NCBI GenBank assembly: GCA_951406725.2
Contig: OX597816.1
Span: forward strand, 138,570,001 to 138,634,000
DNA length: 64,000 nt
Source of the DNA: Octopus vulgaris
Lineage: Eukaryota
Direction: 5' to 3'
The notes under the pieces were generated by a model. The model was not told the DNA's origin and did not search any database. It saw only the letters and a program-made list of their open reading frames with translations. Position numbers and translations under genes: made by a program. Of the stretch, positions 32,200 to 47,650 are shown piece after piece. Within the stretch, counting starts at the first letter, position 1. Every line of letters begins with the position of its first letter.

Positions 32200-32602
32200 T
32201 TAATCTCTTCCGTCTCTATTGATGGAAGCATTTCTGTAATTACTTTTTGGATAGCAAGCAACTGCCTCTTGAATCTTCTCGACGTCTTGAAATTTTGTTC
32301 CTTCCAAGTGGGATTTGATTTCTGCCTATAAGCATAGACTCACGTTTCGCCACCTGTTATGAACGTTTTCAACAAGTTTTTGCCTTCCACGACATAATCA
32401 AGTAGATCCTACGCTGATGAAACCTTATCTTCTTTTTGAGACGACCACACCTCTACAAACTTTACTCCCAAGCACTGAGATGAACAATGGAAGTGTGCAT
32501 GCGATATAGAGTTCAAGGTCAATTTATGCCAAGTAGCTTCATTCTGCGTTCTTTAGCTCTGTTACCATAGCAACAGTCCCGATACTCTTTGATTTGACCT
32601 CG
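32197..32602 (-). mobile_element. Internally deleted mariner relic
   Basis: Terminus TA-CGAGGTCAAATCAAAGAGTATC. DLLDY..LLKTFITGGET*VYAY resembles mariner ITGDETWVY.Y. Confidence 0.75.
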
Positions 32603-32729
32603 TAAATATACATTACATATATACATACAATCATATGAGTGAGTGAGTGATTATGTGTGTGTATGTATGTGTGCTGCGTATCGGTTGGTATAACATTTAT
32701 ATACAGAGAGAGAGAGACAGAGAGAGAGT

Positions 32730-32805
<76 letters not shown>

Positions 32806-32810
32806 CGTAA

Positions 32811-33113
32811 ACGTGACCACCGTGACCGACCAGGCTATCAAATGTCGCTTCACATCGCTGGTCACAATGCGTTTCGTATTGTTTTAGCCTTCAAATGACG
32901 CCACCCCGCTGGCTAAGCGAGCAGGCCAACAGAAGAAAGAGTGAGAGAAAGTTGTGGCGAAAGAGTACAGCAGAGATCGCCCCCCCCCCCCCCTGCGTGG
33001 AGCTTTAGGGGTTTTCGCTCAATAAACGCTCACAACGCCCGGTGTGGGAACTGAAATCGCGATCCTACGACCGCGACTCCGCTGCCCTAACCACTGGGTC
33101 ATTGCTCCTCCAC
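32811..33113 (-). mobile_element. SINE family C (body 1, tail 3) with 10-bp TSD
   Basis: TSD AGATACGTAA at 32801-32810 and 33114-33123. Confidence 0.9.
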
Positions 33114-35008
33114 AGATACGTAACAGTTATAGTAAATGAAAGAGCATTTATCAATAAATAAGCTATATTTGGGCCAGCTTGTAAGGCTTTTTTTTTTATC
33201 TAGGAGGTTGACTTTGCCTTTCATTCCTCTGGAGTCAGTAAAATAAAATATGAGTCAATAAAATAGAGTACTAGGTTAGATGCTATCGTCAAAATCTCAG
33301 CCTTCAAAATTACTGGCCTAAATTAAGAATCATTATGTGTATCTTTGTCGTGCAATGCAAAAATAACCAATTTGTACTAGCTGTGTGCTTGATGAGCGCT
33401 GATATAGAACTAAACAGTTATCTTCTCGCATTAATAGTAACGAGTTCATTTCTGTGCAACGTTAAACGTTTGCCAGCATCGTTGCCAACCTTATCCTCGT
33501 ACACCATTTAAATCTTTTCTTATTTCTATCTCTACACCCATCTATATACCCGTATTTTATTCGTTACTCTATCCCTAAACATTTCTATGAAGTAATGAGT
33601 ATGTAGTTTCTCACAGAGCGTTTCTTAGCCTGAAGCAAATATTAATAAATTCAAAAGAATTTCCTTGGAATTCATTTTGTATTTTAATTGTATGGCTTGG
33701 AGAATGAAATATTTGACAGCCTTGCAATAGATGTGACAGCGTTTGTCCACAAATGAAAGAAAATAAAATTAGATAAATGGCTGAAAAAGCAAGTGAGGGG
33801 AAAGAAGGTAGTAGGGATGACGTCATATGCTGGGTTTTTACGAGTATATAATGCTAGCTATTTGGTTGTTTCCTAGCAAATACCACCTATTTGTGAAATG
33901 TCCTTGCCACAATTACTATCGACTTTTCTATTCTTCCTACATTTCGTTTCCGCAGAACAGTAGAAAAATGAGAGCAATTAAGATAAAAATAAATATAAAA
34001 TATAAAAATAAATATAGAAAGAATGAAACAAATGGGTGAAAGGACGTCTGTGGATTAAAATATTAGCGAAAGGTCTGACACACAGATGTTCCAATAAGTT
34101 GTTGTTGCTGTTAATATGACTCGGGCGTAATGAAAATTGTATATAACGGACAATTATGGCCGATTTTGACAACGATTGCTGCTGAAGACTGAAGGAGGAG
34201 ACGACCAATAATTTGTTATATAATGTTTATAAATCAGACAATAATAACTATTTTCTATACTGATTTCTCTTCATTTTGACAGATGTGACAAACGCAGTAA
34301 AAGAGCAGCCGGCCAGGCTGTTCCGCAGTATCGCATTTGGCTGTAGCAACTTCGCCAAAAATGCCACAAAACCATCTTTAAACGAACAAACATAATAAAA
34401 ACGACAGAATGAACAAAAGCTATAAAAGAAATCCGTGATGACCATACAACATTAAACTATTTTTTTATGGCGATACCGGAATATTTTACTATTTGTTTAC
34501 TTTCCCGATACCGCTTTCTTTTTTCTTGTTTTATACTTCTGTTAATGGCCATAGAGTTTGTGTCTGCTCGGTGTATGCGGGAGGTTTCAAAGAGATGTTG
34601 GTCAATACAAAAGGCCAGGCAAAAATGTTTAGGCTATCAACTAAAGTGGAAGCAAAATGACAGTTTTAAATTCATAGTTGTCGGTCGATTTCTCTTCAAA
34701 TTTATGACTTGTGAATAATGTTGCAAGCTTTGGCTATTTTAACATCATACACCACAGACTGCCGTCTTTTGTGATTTACGTATGATTCTGGTGAAATTAC
34801 TGGTCTTCTACTATATATCTTCCTTCATTACTATACAACATCTAATACGGCTGTCGTTCGAGTGTGCCGTTTGTTGTGATACTTTATATCCATGAGGAGT
34901 GATCTCTGTTTTCTCAGAAAATAACCGTAACAAAATAGAGTGGCTTCTGCCTCAAAATAGATTGTTGTAACTCACACAGAAAATATATAGTCGAGCTGTG
35001 TTCGAACT

Positions 35009-35337
35009 TAAAAAAGACTCCGCCGGTTACGACGACGAGGGTCCCAGCTGATACGATCAACGGAACAGCTTGCTCGTGAAATTAACGTGCAAATGGCTGA
35101 GCATTCCACAGACACGTGTACCCTTAACGTAGTTCTCGGGGATAATCAGCGTGACACAGAGAGTGACAAGGCTGACCCTTTGAAATACAAGTACAACTCA
35201 TTTTTGCCAGCTGAGTGGACTGGAGCAACGTGAAATAAAGTGTCTTGCTCAAGGACACAACGCGTCGCCGGGAATCGAACTCACAACCTTACGATCATGA
35301 GCCGAATGCCCTAACCACTAAGCCACGCGCCCTCACT
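35009..35337 (-). mobile_element. SINE family C (body 2, tail 1) with 12-bp TSD
   Basis: TSD TGTGTTCGAACT at 34997-35008 and 35338-35349. CORE-like GTGTCCTTGAGCAAGACACTT. An older relative lies at ~12017-12346. Confidence 0.92.
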
Positions 35338-35981
35338 TGTGTTCGAACTATACACACATTCATAACAAAGGGCATACTTTATTAAAGAGACCATAGTCTA
35401 CATGTCGGATGATATTCAGTAGAATTAAAGAAACAGCAAAGTAAACACAACAATGTGGGTAGAAAACACAATTACAGCGGACATGGTAGGAGCGGATATG
35501 ATAAAAGTAGTATTATAATACCGGAAGCGATATCATCATAACTAATAACAGATATTCAACAAAGAATCATTAGGTAAGGTTATAAACTACCCAGGAAAAC
35601 ATATTGCACTTATGAGTTAGTTGAAAGAACGAGATGCACAGTGCATATTGTGCACCGCTTCCTTTCCTGTTGAGAGGGATATAGTCAATGCTCAAACTGA
35701 ATATTTGAAGATTAATGCTTGAAGAAAAAAAAAAAAAAATCATATGTGAGGAGGCTGGAAATTGGAAATCCACTAAAGATACCGCAGAAACGGTTGAGTG
35801 TGTTAAAATTAGTAATAATTCATGGGAAATGCATTCACTACGCAAGCATTACTGTTTTTTCGGAGGAAGTAAAAATGTATTTCTAAAGAGGATCAAAACG
35901 TAGATGGCAAGTTTTAGGATAAAAAAAAACGTGCGTACATTAAGGCATCTATGATTGCACACAGGCACACAATTATATGCG

Positions 35982-36026
<45 letters not shown>

Positions 36027-36901
36027 GATTATATACATATATATGTGTATGTACATAAACAACTATATATATACATATATATACACACATATATATATAC
36101 ATATATTTACTTATATTTATGTATGCATGTATGAATGTATATATGCCTTTATATATATATATATGTATATATGCCTTATATGTATATAAACACACAAAAC
36201 TTTTCATGTTGCGACGTAAGTTACTAGTTCAGGAGATAAAACTGAAAGGAAAATTCCCGAATTACCTCATCCATCTCTCTAACAACATATTTTTTTTTAG
36301 AACGGAATTTTTGACATCCGACTTTATGCTCGATGAACAAAGCAATTGGTTACAGGGTGTAGATTCTAAAAATAATATGCCGTAATGTGCAATTTTATAT
36401 CCTTAAGTCTAAGAGACTACCTTTAAAGTGTCTAGTATAGAAAATACATCATTTATGTCATTCTCTAAATATAAACATAAGCATGAGGGCATAAATATTT
36501 GTGTGGTAGGGGTACAGTACAAAGTGCCAATGTAAGGTACTGGTTTAGCAGAACTGTTAGAGTGACGGACAAGACATTTTGAGTTAACTGTTCTGGTTCA
36601 TTGCGTTCTCAGCAAAACCTATGTTGACAGAGGTGCTAAACTGAGTCACCCTAAGTCGGAGTCTAATAGAAAATATCGGTAGCGTGGAAAACAGAGGCTT
36701 GCCTGCTAGAATAACTGCCAGTCTTTCTCATAAATTCTTTTCCAGGCCTACGCAAGTGTACATTCGTGTTCGAGTCATTAAAATTGAAGTCAATGTCCCT
36801 TTAATGTGCAACTGCGACAGCTGTGAAGTATAATGGGATTACATAGAAAAGTCACTGATGTATCGAAAGTTACTTTTTACATTGCAATTGAGCTATATAT
36901 A

Positions 36902-37456
36902 TAGGATTATTCAAAAAGAAAGAGCAGATTTCCAATTTATTTTTAAAACAAACGGTAAGAGACACAAATACATTCTACATATTTCTTGATAGGGGAAGGT
37001 TTAAAGTTTATAGCTGAACATGATTCAATTGAAATTAAGCCTTAAATAAAATAATATTTTAATTTTGTTTTAATGTTTCATCTTCTTTATTTTATTTGAA
37101 GTTGTATAATTTTCATTTGTGTAATCCCTTGGAAAATGGCGACGCCACAAGAAAAGTATTTTTGTGTGCTGCAGTTTGAGAAATGCGAATCGATTGTGCA
37201 AGTGCAACGTGAATCTCACCGCCAATTCAATCAAAATCCATCTCGTCACAATATCCACAGATCAGTTGTTTCGAGTATGGCAAGAAATAGACTACCGTTT
37301 CGATATTTGTCGAGCAACACATGGTGCTCATGTTGAGTGCATACTACCTTAAAATAAACTTTAAAACTTTAAGAAATATGCAGAATGTGTTTGTGTATCT
37401 TACCGTTTATTTTTAAAATAAGTTTAAAATCTACTCTTTCTTTTTGAATAACCCTG
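36902..37456 (+). mobile_element. Internally deleted Tc1/mariner element
   Basis: TIRs TAGGATTATTCAAAAAGAAAGAGCAGATTT / AAATCTACTCTTTCTTTTTGAATAACCCTG with TA flanks. N-terminus MATPQEKYFCVLQF..VQVQRE (DUF4817-like HTH) is fused to C-terminus RVWQEIDYRFDICRATHGAHVE. Confidence 0.9.
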
Positions 37457-37470
37457 TATACGCACACACA

Positions 37471-38630
37471 CAGTGGTGTGCACAGCTGACCCAAAAGTTA
37501 GCTTCACTAACCGCCAAACCGCTAACTAAAAGAGTTAGCTTCGCAAAAACTAAACCGCTAAACATGTGACAAAAATTAGCGGAAGTTGACACTAAATCAT
37601 AACCGCTAACTTTTATCATATGAATTTAGTTTCAGTTTGGATTTGGGGCTCTAAAACCACTAAAAAAACAGACCTAGAGATCTGTTGTAGTATGTTCATG
37701 TTGTAGCTTAGACATAGAGCTTTCCAAAAAGGTATAACATGCCAAGATGTGATGATAATCAAGGTCTACGCAAATAATTAAATGAACAAATGAAATTAAA
37801 CATTAGATTTTCAGTCAACGTACTGTACAAAAAGTATTAGACGAATCAATAAGGTATAGTATAACATAGGTACCATGCCAAGATCAGATGGTGGTCAAGT
37901 TGTACTACTCTGGCTGGGCTTCTCCATCGCCTCGAAGTGATGCTGGCCGCTCTTCATAAACTCTCAAAGTTACCATCTTGGCTCTCAAAATATCTTTGCC
38001 TATAATGAATAGGCGCTCAACTGCAGCTCTGAATGGGATGGCGGTGTTATACTTGTTAAACAGATCGATCAAGACCTGTTCACCCAAAAAGGCTCCTTGG
38101 ATTTCAGTGACTTGTGGACCTGCTCTCCCGGAACCGAGTGATGTTGCTGAAGAAATCATCTACCTCATCCTCATTGCTGGTGGTGCTTCTGCCCTGCCTC
38201 CTCCTTGGTCTCCATTAGGGCTGTCTCTAGAACGGTCTCCATGGCGTTCGTTACTCTGCTAACCTGGTTGTTATTATACTGCTCCAACCAGAACAGGCTA
38301 AGCTTGGTGTGGATGGTAGCAGCCAGCTGGTACTCCAGGTCTTCTAGGAGGAGCCCAAACTTTTTCGAGATGCCTGCCAGTATCGTGTCTACCAGAGAAC
38401 TGTAGTACAGGAGATGTTTGAACTTGGCCTCATTCAACTTCATAACGGTAGCCGCTACTGTTGGCAGAAGGCACCCGAGATAAAGCTGATCCTCCTTTTG
38501 GAATTTATGCAAAGTCTTGGCAACATTAGATATCACCAGTGCATACTCTGTCAGGAAGCCGACATCAAAATCAGTGAGTTTCTGCAGCTTCAGCTGCGTC
38601 ATCACCCTGTGGACAGCTCCCATATTCTTG
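37471..38630 (-). mobile_element. hAT-superfamily DNA transposon 3' fragment
   Basis: LFNKYNTAIPFRAAVERLF resembles the hAT C-terminal dimerisation motif PSSA.VERLFS, with upstream YLGCLLPTV..LAATIHTK. The terminus CAGTGGTGTGCA has subterminal ACCGCTAA repeats at 37471-37615. Confidence 0.75.
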
Positions 38631-38637
38631 ATATAAA

Positions 38638-39147
38638 TGTTCTCCTTCCAAATGATAAAGCAGTCATCTAGGTATCTTTTCCAATTTTCTCTTATGTAGA
38701 GGTAAAATCGGTAACCATATTTCTGAAGTGATACTTCATATAAGGTGAATTCAAAATAACCCATTATTAGGTCCGCAAGAACAGGGGCTGCTTTCGTTCC
38801 CATCGCAATTCCGCATTACTGACGATAGTATGTGTCATCAAATAGGAAATAATTGTTCTGAAGTATAAATTTTAAGGATTCAATAATAAAGATCTGGTAT
38901 ATGCGTTCCAGGAGTACTTCGGGGTACCTTTCCAACCAGAATTTAATTGCTTTTATTCCATAGTCATGTTGGTGTAAAGATTGATAACATCGAGGGTAAC
39001 CAATATTGCCGCTGCATTAATCGTTTTTGGTAGGTGTTCTAGCATGTCTAAATCATCCCTAATGAAGCTTTTGATGTATTTCAGCAAGGGTTTTAGTAGG
39101 ATGTCTAGAAAAATGCTTAGGCGGTGGGTTTCACAGGCTGGCCCAGC
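38638..39147 (-). mobile_element. Penelope-like element reverse transcriptase fragment (pseudogenised)
   Basis: Translation includes AGPACETHRLSIFLDILLKP..SFIRD..LVTLDVINLYTN, FILQNNYFLFDDTYYRQ*CGIAMGTKAAPVLADLIMG and WKRYLDDCFIIW, which are PLE-type RT motifs. Confidence 0.9.
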
Positions 39148-39235
39148 TTTTAATTTCTTATATATTATATACTATATATATTATATATTAATTTTTAATT
39201 TCTTATATATATATATATATAAATATATATATATT

Positions 39236-40133
<898 letters not shown>

Positions 40134-40379
40134 TATGAGTGTATGAGCGAGGGAGGAAGGGTGGGTTAGATATCTGAAGGAGGGTAATGTGGAGTGTGAA
40201 TAGCTTGGCGCAGACATATGTGTGTCACATACGTCATAGTATATGACACATGTATGCTCTTAATCTTTTTTTAGTCGTATCGCTGTCTTAATAATGTGTA
40301 TTATCATATTCAATATAAAACATTTCGTGTTTACATTTTGTGCACGAATCAATATTGGAATCATAATATACAATGATTG

Positions 40380-40940
40380 CATGTGCGTTTGTGTTTTTGT
40401 CGTGCGCATGTACATGTGTGTGCACGTGTGGATGTGCACATATGTATGTACGTATGTATGAATGTATGTACGTATGTATGTGTGTATGTATGTATGTATG
40501 TATGTATGTGTGTATGTATGTTTGTATATATGTATGTATGTATGTATGTGTGTATGTGTGTGTGTATGTGTGTGTATGTATGTGTGTATGTATGTATGTA
40601 TGTGTGTATGTATGTCTGTATATATGTATGTATGTATGTATGTATGTGTGTATATGTGTATGTATGTACGTATGTATGTACGTACATATATATGTATGTA
40701 TGTATGTATGTATGTGTGTGTATGTATGTGTGTGTATGTATGTGTGTATGTATATATGTATGTGTGTATGTGTGTATGTGTGCATGTATGTATGCATGCA
40801 TGCATGTATGTATGTATGTGTGTATGTATGTATGTATGTATTATGTATGTATGTATGTATGTATTTTGTATGAATGTATGAATGTATGTATGTATGTATG
40901 TACGTACGTATGTATGTATGTATGTATGTATGTATGTATT
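40380..40940. repeat. Degenerate (TATG/TG)n microsatellite block, representative of dozens of (TA)n, (CA)n, (GA)n, (GATA)n and triplet arrays
   Basis: Directly visible. Confidence 0.97.
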
Positions 40941-41456
40941 TTGCTCACGCTCACACACACTTTGAAATCGTCAAATTGACAAATGTGTGAGAATCGTATA
41001 AAAATCCAATAATCCTGCATGTGTGCATTTCTTTAATTCTAAACCAATATTCTGTTAATTCCATGTCACTTGTCATTCTTGTTTGACATTTTTGATCTCC
41101 TGTCCGGACTTTTAATTTCTCTTGTACTCTTTATACTATCTAGCAGTTATGCATACGTACATACATTCATACACACACGCATGCACTCACACACAACACA
41201 TACATACACACACACACACTTTATTACTGATGCCATCGTCATTATCGTCTTCATTGTTATTATTATTACTAGTGTTTGCTTCTTGGTAGTCTTATTAGTA
41301 TTATCAATACATCTCTTCTTCTTCTTCTTCTTCTTCTTCTTCTTCTTCTTCTTCTTCTTCTTCTTCTACTACTATTACTACTACTACTACTACTACTACT
41401 CTTTTTTCTTCTTCTTCTTCTTCTACTTCTTCTTCTCATTATTATTATTATAGTTG

Positions 41457-41496
<40 letters not shown>

Positions 41497-41513
41497 TATT
41501 ATTATTATTATTA

Positions 41514-41574
<61 letters not shown>

Positions 41575-42265
41575 CCAATATTCTTGTACTAATATTCTTA
41601 TTAGTATCCAATATTGTGATGTAGATTCAAAATATTCTGTGTGCCGGTAGTTTGTGCTGTTCGTAAAGTCACAAGGACCTCAGACAGACAGTATTTACGC
41701 AGTATGCGTACTGTTGCATGTAAAGCCGATTTTTGCAACACACCAAGATTGTAGGGTATTTCTAAAGTGTCCAGATGTTTCTTCAGGCTGGGTGGTTTTG
41801 AACTCAATGACACGCTAACAACAGGATCAACCTTCATGTTTGACTCCCAACATGTTGACAATCTCAATTCTCAGGTTTCAATATTTGTTGACCTTTTCTC
41901 ATTCTGTCATGATAATATGTTGATCTGTAGGCACTGCCATGTCGATTAGTTGGCACTCTTGTTTTTCCCTCCTAAAGGTTACTATATCCGGCCTTCGGTG
42001 CTCTAACACCTTGTCTGTCTGGAAGTCAATGTTCCAGAAGATCTCTACCTTCCCTTTTTCGTTCATTACCTTTTTTGATGTATGTGGTACCAAGCACCCG
42101 TTATTCCGTAACCATACTTCCGGTATAGTAGCCAGTGAAGGTTTTGGACTACTTTGTCGTGTCAACGCGTGTATTCTTTCTGCGCAACACATTCACAAGC
42201 ACTAAGAATGTGAATCATATACTCGGCCCTCTTCGCACACATTCTGCAGATGTTCGTTGCACTTG
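41575..42265 (-). mobile_element. Decayed R4/Dong-like non-LTR fragment
   Basis: CRMCAKRAEYMIHILSAC (CCHC knuckle), IFWNIDFQTDKVLEHRRPDIV..QLIDMAVP, LQKSALHATVRILR. The 3' end abuts (TAA)n. Confidence 0.85.
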
Positions 42266-42328
42266 TGTACTGAGGCGGCGAAGAGAGAAAAACGTTAGCG
42301 CATCGGACAAAACGATTAACGGAATAAA

Positions 42329-42560
42329 GGCGGCGAGCTGGCAGAAACGTTAGCACGCCGGGCGAAATGCGTAGCTGTATTTCGTCTGCCGTTACGTTCT
42401 GAGTTCAAATTCCGCCGAGGTAGACTTTGCCTTTCATCCTTTCGGGGTCGATTAAATAAAGTACCAGTTACGCACTGGGGTCGGTGTAATTGACTTAATC
42501 CGTTTGTCTGTCCTTGTTTGTCCCCTCTGTGTTTAGCCCCTTGTGGGTAGTAAAGAAATA
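42329..42560 (+). mobile_element. SINE family A
   Basis: Matches 10248-10480 along its length. Confidence 0.9.
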
Positions 42561-42619
42561 GGTATTTCTTCCGACTCTTATCGTTCTTAGTTCAAATTCC
42601 GCATTTCATGTTTCACTAG

Positions 42620-43000
42620 GTTAGATTTCCTTGGTTTAGCAGCATTGGATTACTTCGAATTCTACCATTTGTTTAACACTGTAGCGATCTTGTCCAATGC
42701 GTGGAGAGCAATTGCCTATCACTGAACCGGCATGGTCTCTTCTCATTCTGAATGATCTCAGAATCGTCCCCACCCGTTCCACTCGTCCACATATTGTTAC
42801 TCACTTTATAACAAAATTAAATAATGTATCACTTCTTAAATAACTCCACTCCACCTCATGTCAGATCACACACTGACTGCGATTCTGAAATTTCAATAGT
42901 TCCTGATCCTGTACATCCTGAGCGCGATGTTTGGGAGTTGATAGCGAAGTACATAATTTTTTCAGCATTAAGTTGCATGTAGTTCTTCTCAGCCTAGGTC
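42620..43000 (-). mobile_element. Highly decayed CR1/L2-like RT C-terminal fragment
   Basis: AEKNYMQLNAEK, SVCDL and ILRSFRMR resemble CR1/L2 W...N.M.FN..K, RDLG and ILR.F..R. Confidence 0.4.
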
Positions 43001-43553
43001 TATATTGCATTTAGGTCTTTCTGTAAGTTCGCGACATCGTAGGGGTTCTTCGTTGCTTGTATTGTCAGTAGTGCTAAAGGCAGTGGTTGCCTATATGAAT
43101 AATGCTTCGTCAGAAGTTATTAAAACAGTGAATAACGGAATTGTGTAGTAGCTAACATATTAAAAAGAATCAACTTTTGTGGACTGTGGAACGGTGAAAT
43201 GGGATAATTATTTATGCATTTTTGTGATTAGATGTCCTGTAGACCAATGAACATTTGTTAGGGAAAAATATGCAAGAATTTATCTATTATTAGGTAGGAA
43301 GATAGGTATGTATATACGTATGTATATATGTAGGTATGTACAAAGGTAGATAGGCATATATATATATATGACTAGATAGATAGATTCATTTATATATGTA
43401 TGCTTGTGTGGATATGTGAGTGTGTGTGCGCGCGTGCGTTAGTGAAGGCACATGGCTCAGTGATTACAGCATCGGACTTACGATGGTGAGGTTGTGAGTT
43501 CGATTCCACCAACAAAAGGTGCAATGCCATGATCATTCATGACCGAATGGGGT

Positions 43554-43585
<32 letters not shown>

Positions 43586-43591
43586 CATACA

Positions 43592-43664
<73 letters not shown>

Positions 43665-43696
43665 CCAAAGAGGAGTGTATTTCCATGCAGGAATGA

Positions 43697-43922
43697 ATAT
43701 AGGCAAATTTGATGTTGAAAATGCACCTAAATTTGAAAAACTTGAAATTGTTTAAAAAAAAATTCATTTACATATATACCAAACTAGTTTCATAATTCTA
43801 AATTTTTACCATTCATAAACAAAAAATATTTCTGAAACAAGTTTGGAATATGTGTAAATGAAATTTTTTTTTAAACAATTTCAAGTTTTTCAAATTTAGG
43901 TGCATTTTCAACAACACATTTG

Positions 43923-43929
<7 letters not shown>
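43697..43929. repeat. Long inverted repeat (~95-bp arms) with a decayed hammerhead-like centre
   Basis: ATATAGGCAAAT..GTTGAAAATGCACCTAAATTTGAAAAACTTGAAATTGTTTAAAA is present on both strands. The centre reads CCA-TTCATAA-..TTTCT-GAAA-CAAGTT-TGG. Confidence 0.9.
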
Positions 43930-43980
<51 letters not shown>

Positions 43981-44007
43981 GAGAGAGAGACAAACAGACA
44001 GACAGGC

Positions 44008-44048
<41 letters not shown>

Positions 44049-45620
44049 GATGTAAGAGCACTCACACACATACAGATATAGAGAGAGAATGAGAGAGGAG
44101 AGAAAGAGAGAGCATTTGATGGAAGAGGTAGATAGGAACAGTGTGGAGTGGCCTGAAGATAACACCAATAACATTTGGACATGCAAACAAATACCTTTAT
44201 ATACATATTATCACATAACGCACTGGGAGATGCAACCATACGCAAATATACAGCCTTACACATACACAAACACATTGTTATACTGTACTGACATATATCG
44301 CCAAGCAGTGATAGAGATACATGCGTCCATACATTTTGAATTCCGAAACGCAAAGACACGCTCATATCTGAAGAGCGCCTGTAAAAAGTACACCCCTCTT
44401 CTTACACACACACACACACACATACACATACAGACACACACACAGACACACACACACACACACAGACACACACACACAGACATACACACAGACACACACA
44501 CATACACACAGACACACACACACATACATACACACACATACACGCACACACACAGACACACACACACAGATACATATACACACACACACATACACACACA
44601 CACACACACCAAACAGGCACATTGTTATATAAAGCTAACACAACTGTGTGTACACAATTCACACATTTATTAATATATATCTATATATCTATATATATAC
44701 ATACATATATATATATATGTATGTGTGTGTGTGTGTATATATACATATATACATACAGGTTCAAATATATATATATATATACATATATACACACAGATAT
44801 ATGCACATACGTAGACACATATAGGTACATACATATATATACAGATGTACATTAAGATACATATGTATCTATGAATATATATATATGTATGTGTAAATAT
44901 ATACTTATTTGCATGCAATCATACACACACATATGTATGAGTGCGTGCGTGTGTGTGTGTGTGTACATACATTCTTGCTTAACTTCGTTTACAGTACAAA
45001 TGTAATCACACACACACGCGCTGCGCACTCACACACACGCGCACACACGCACGCACACACGCACTCAAACACAGACATATTTACGCCCACACGTGTTTAG
45101 CATCACTAGCCTCAAAAAATACACACATAATATACACGTGTACGAAGACGCACAACGAAGAAACAGACATGTTCAGAAGTCAGATCTTGTTAAAACACAA
45201 ATAACTGCCTTGTACAATATATGTCATATAGAATATCAGTGGATGAGAGTGAGCATAGCTGATGGATGGACTGGAGATCTTTTATTAAACAAACATGTAT
45301 TAAAATAGACAGTGTACGGAAGCATAAATGATAGAAACTATTATAAGTAATAATTCAAGACAGAAACTTAAAAACAAAAAAAAAAAATAATAAAGGAGTC
45401 AAATGAGATAACAAGAGACAAGTCTATTTTGCTTGCCTGGCCACTCCTGTCGACTTTTGTCAGAGGACCCATTCTTCATTTTCTGTCTCATGACCGAAGT
45501 TTATGATGTCTACCATCTCTTTTATATTAACATCTAAGTCTTTAATTTATGATTGTAAAGAGTGGCAAAATTGTGTTACGTACATTCACGCTCATAGTCA
45601 CAAACGCACAAGGAAACAGA

Positions 45621-45683
<63 letters not shown>

Positions 45684-45879
45684 GCACACACACACACACA
45701 AGCCCATTATTTTCTTCTTTATTCTCTTACAAGCTACACTCGTTAGACTTCGCCCGTGCTGTGGTAACGCCTTTAGGACTTTTGTCGATCAAATTGACCC
45801 CCAGTACCTTGTTTTAAACTTTGACTCATAACTTATGGGATTTTTTCGTTTCTTTTTTCTAACAGAAGCACTAAATTAA

Positions 45880-46092
45880 CCCTTTAGCCACCTTTAGATA
45901 ACTCGGTAATATGCTATGCTTATTTATTCATGTTATTTTGAATGAATCATTCATTTTCTCGTAGTTTCAAGATACCGATGACATGCCAATTATGGCACTG
46001 TAAGGTAGGTGTGATAACCCGGATCTGGCCGGTTTCATCATACAGGTAAAATATTTGTGTAGGATATGGCTGGTTTTTTAAATGCTAAAGTC
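45880..46092. mobile_element. piggyBac-like MITE
   Basis: TTAA-CCCTTTAGC ... GCTAAAGTC-TTAA. Confidence 0.6.
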
Positions 46093-46211
46093 TTAAGGGG
46101 GTGCAAACTGATTAACAAAAGTTTTGCAAGCGGTTAAAGACACAGGCATAAAACGAAGCTCACATATTAGTACATAGGTGCATACATACACATTTATATA
46201 CAGTTACGCAC

Positions 46212-46289
<78 letters not shown>

Positions 46290-46368
46290 TGAGAGGGAGA
46301 GAGAAAGAAGAGGGAATAGAAAGACAGACATACAGATAGATTTACAAATACAAAGATATCTTTATATA

Positions 46369-46448
<80 letters not shown>

Positions 46449-47063
46449 GACAGACAGACAGACAGATAGATAGATTTGTGAGGGTGCGACATAAATATAC
46501 ATACGTGTGTGTGTGTGTACACATACATTTATGTATGCATTCATGCATGCACTTATATATATATGTGCTAGTAGAATCGTTAGACCATCGGATAAAATGC
46601 CTAGCGTTATTCCCTTCAACGCATTACGTTCTGAGTTCAAATAAAACCGAAGTCAACTTGCCATTTCATCAATAAAAAATAACGTACCACTCAATTTCGC
46701 AAGTCAGTGTTACCGACTAAACTATTCCCCCTAAAAATGCTGCCTTCTACCAAAATTTTAATCCCTTACTAATCATAATTAAACTCTGAGTGTAACAGTA
46801 AACTTTTTCTTTAAATTTTAATACTAGCTTTACATAATTTGCAAAAATCATCATTCGAAGAAAGAGTGACAAATCTAATCTATTTTAATTGATTAATCTT
46901 GTCATTATTTGTTTATCTTCCATTTTTTTCTTTTGTAAATTTATAAAGATAGTGAAGTTTTCAAATCTGAAGAAAAAAATTTAAATTTAGAAAAAATGAA
47001 ATTACAGCTTGTCCCGGTAAAGTGTGAATAATAATAATAATGATAATAATAATAATGATGATG

Positions 47064-47139
<76 letters not shown>

Positions 47140-47155
47140 TTATAATAATATTATG

Positions 47156-47199
<44 letters not shown>

Positions 47200-47595
47200 T
47201 AATAATAATACCACCAGAATGCGTAGAAAGCAATAGAATTTCTTACTTAATCACTAATAAGCATTTCATACGCGTGAAAATGGCTTGTGGACATCTTCAG
47301 TAACAAACAACAATTCGTAGAGAAGAGAGAAATATTTCAGATGCCAGCTGAACACCTGAAGAAGCTGAAGTTTCATTGGAAAGAAGAGATGTCTCATACA
47401 TACATATATGTGCGCTTATTATATGGAGATGTGTGTACATTTATATAGCTATATGTTTGTGTATGTGTGTGCATACACATATATATGTATATAAATACAT
47501 ACATATATAATATATATTTACATATATATACATATCTATATATAAATATATATAAATACATATATATACACACACATACATGCACACATATATGC

Positions 47596-47650
<55 letters not shown>

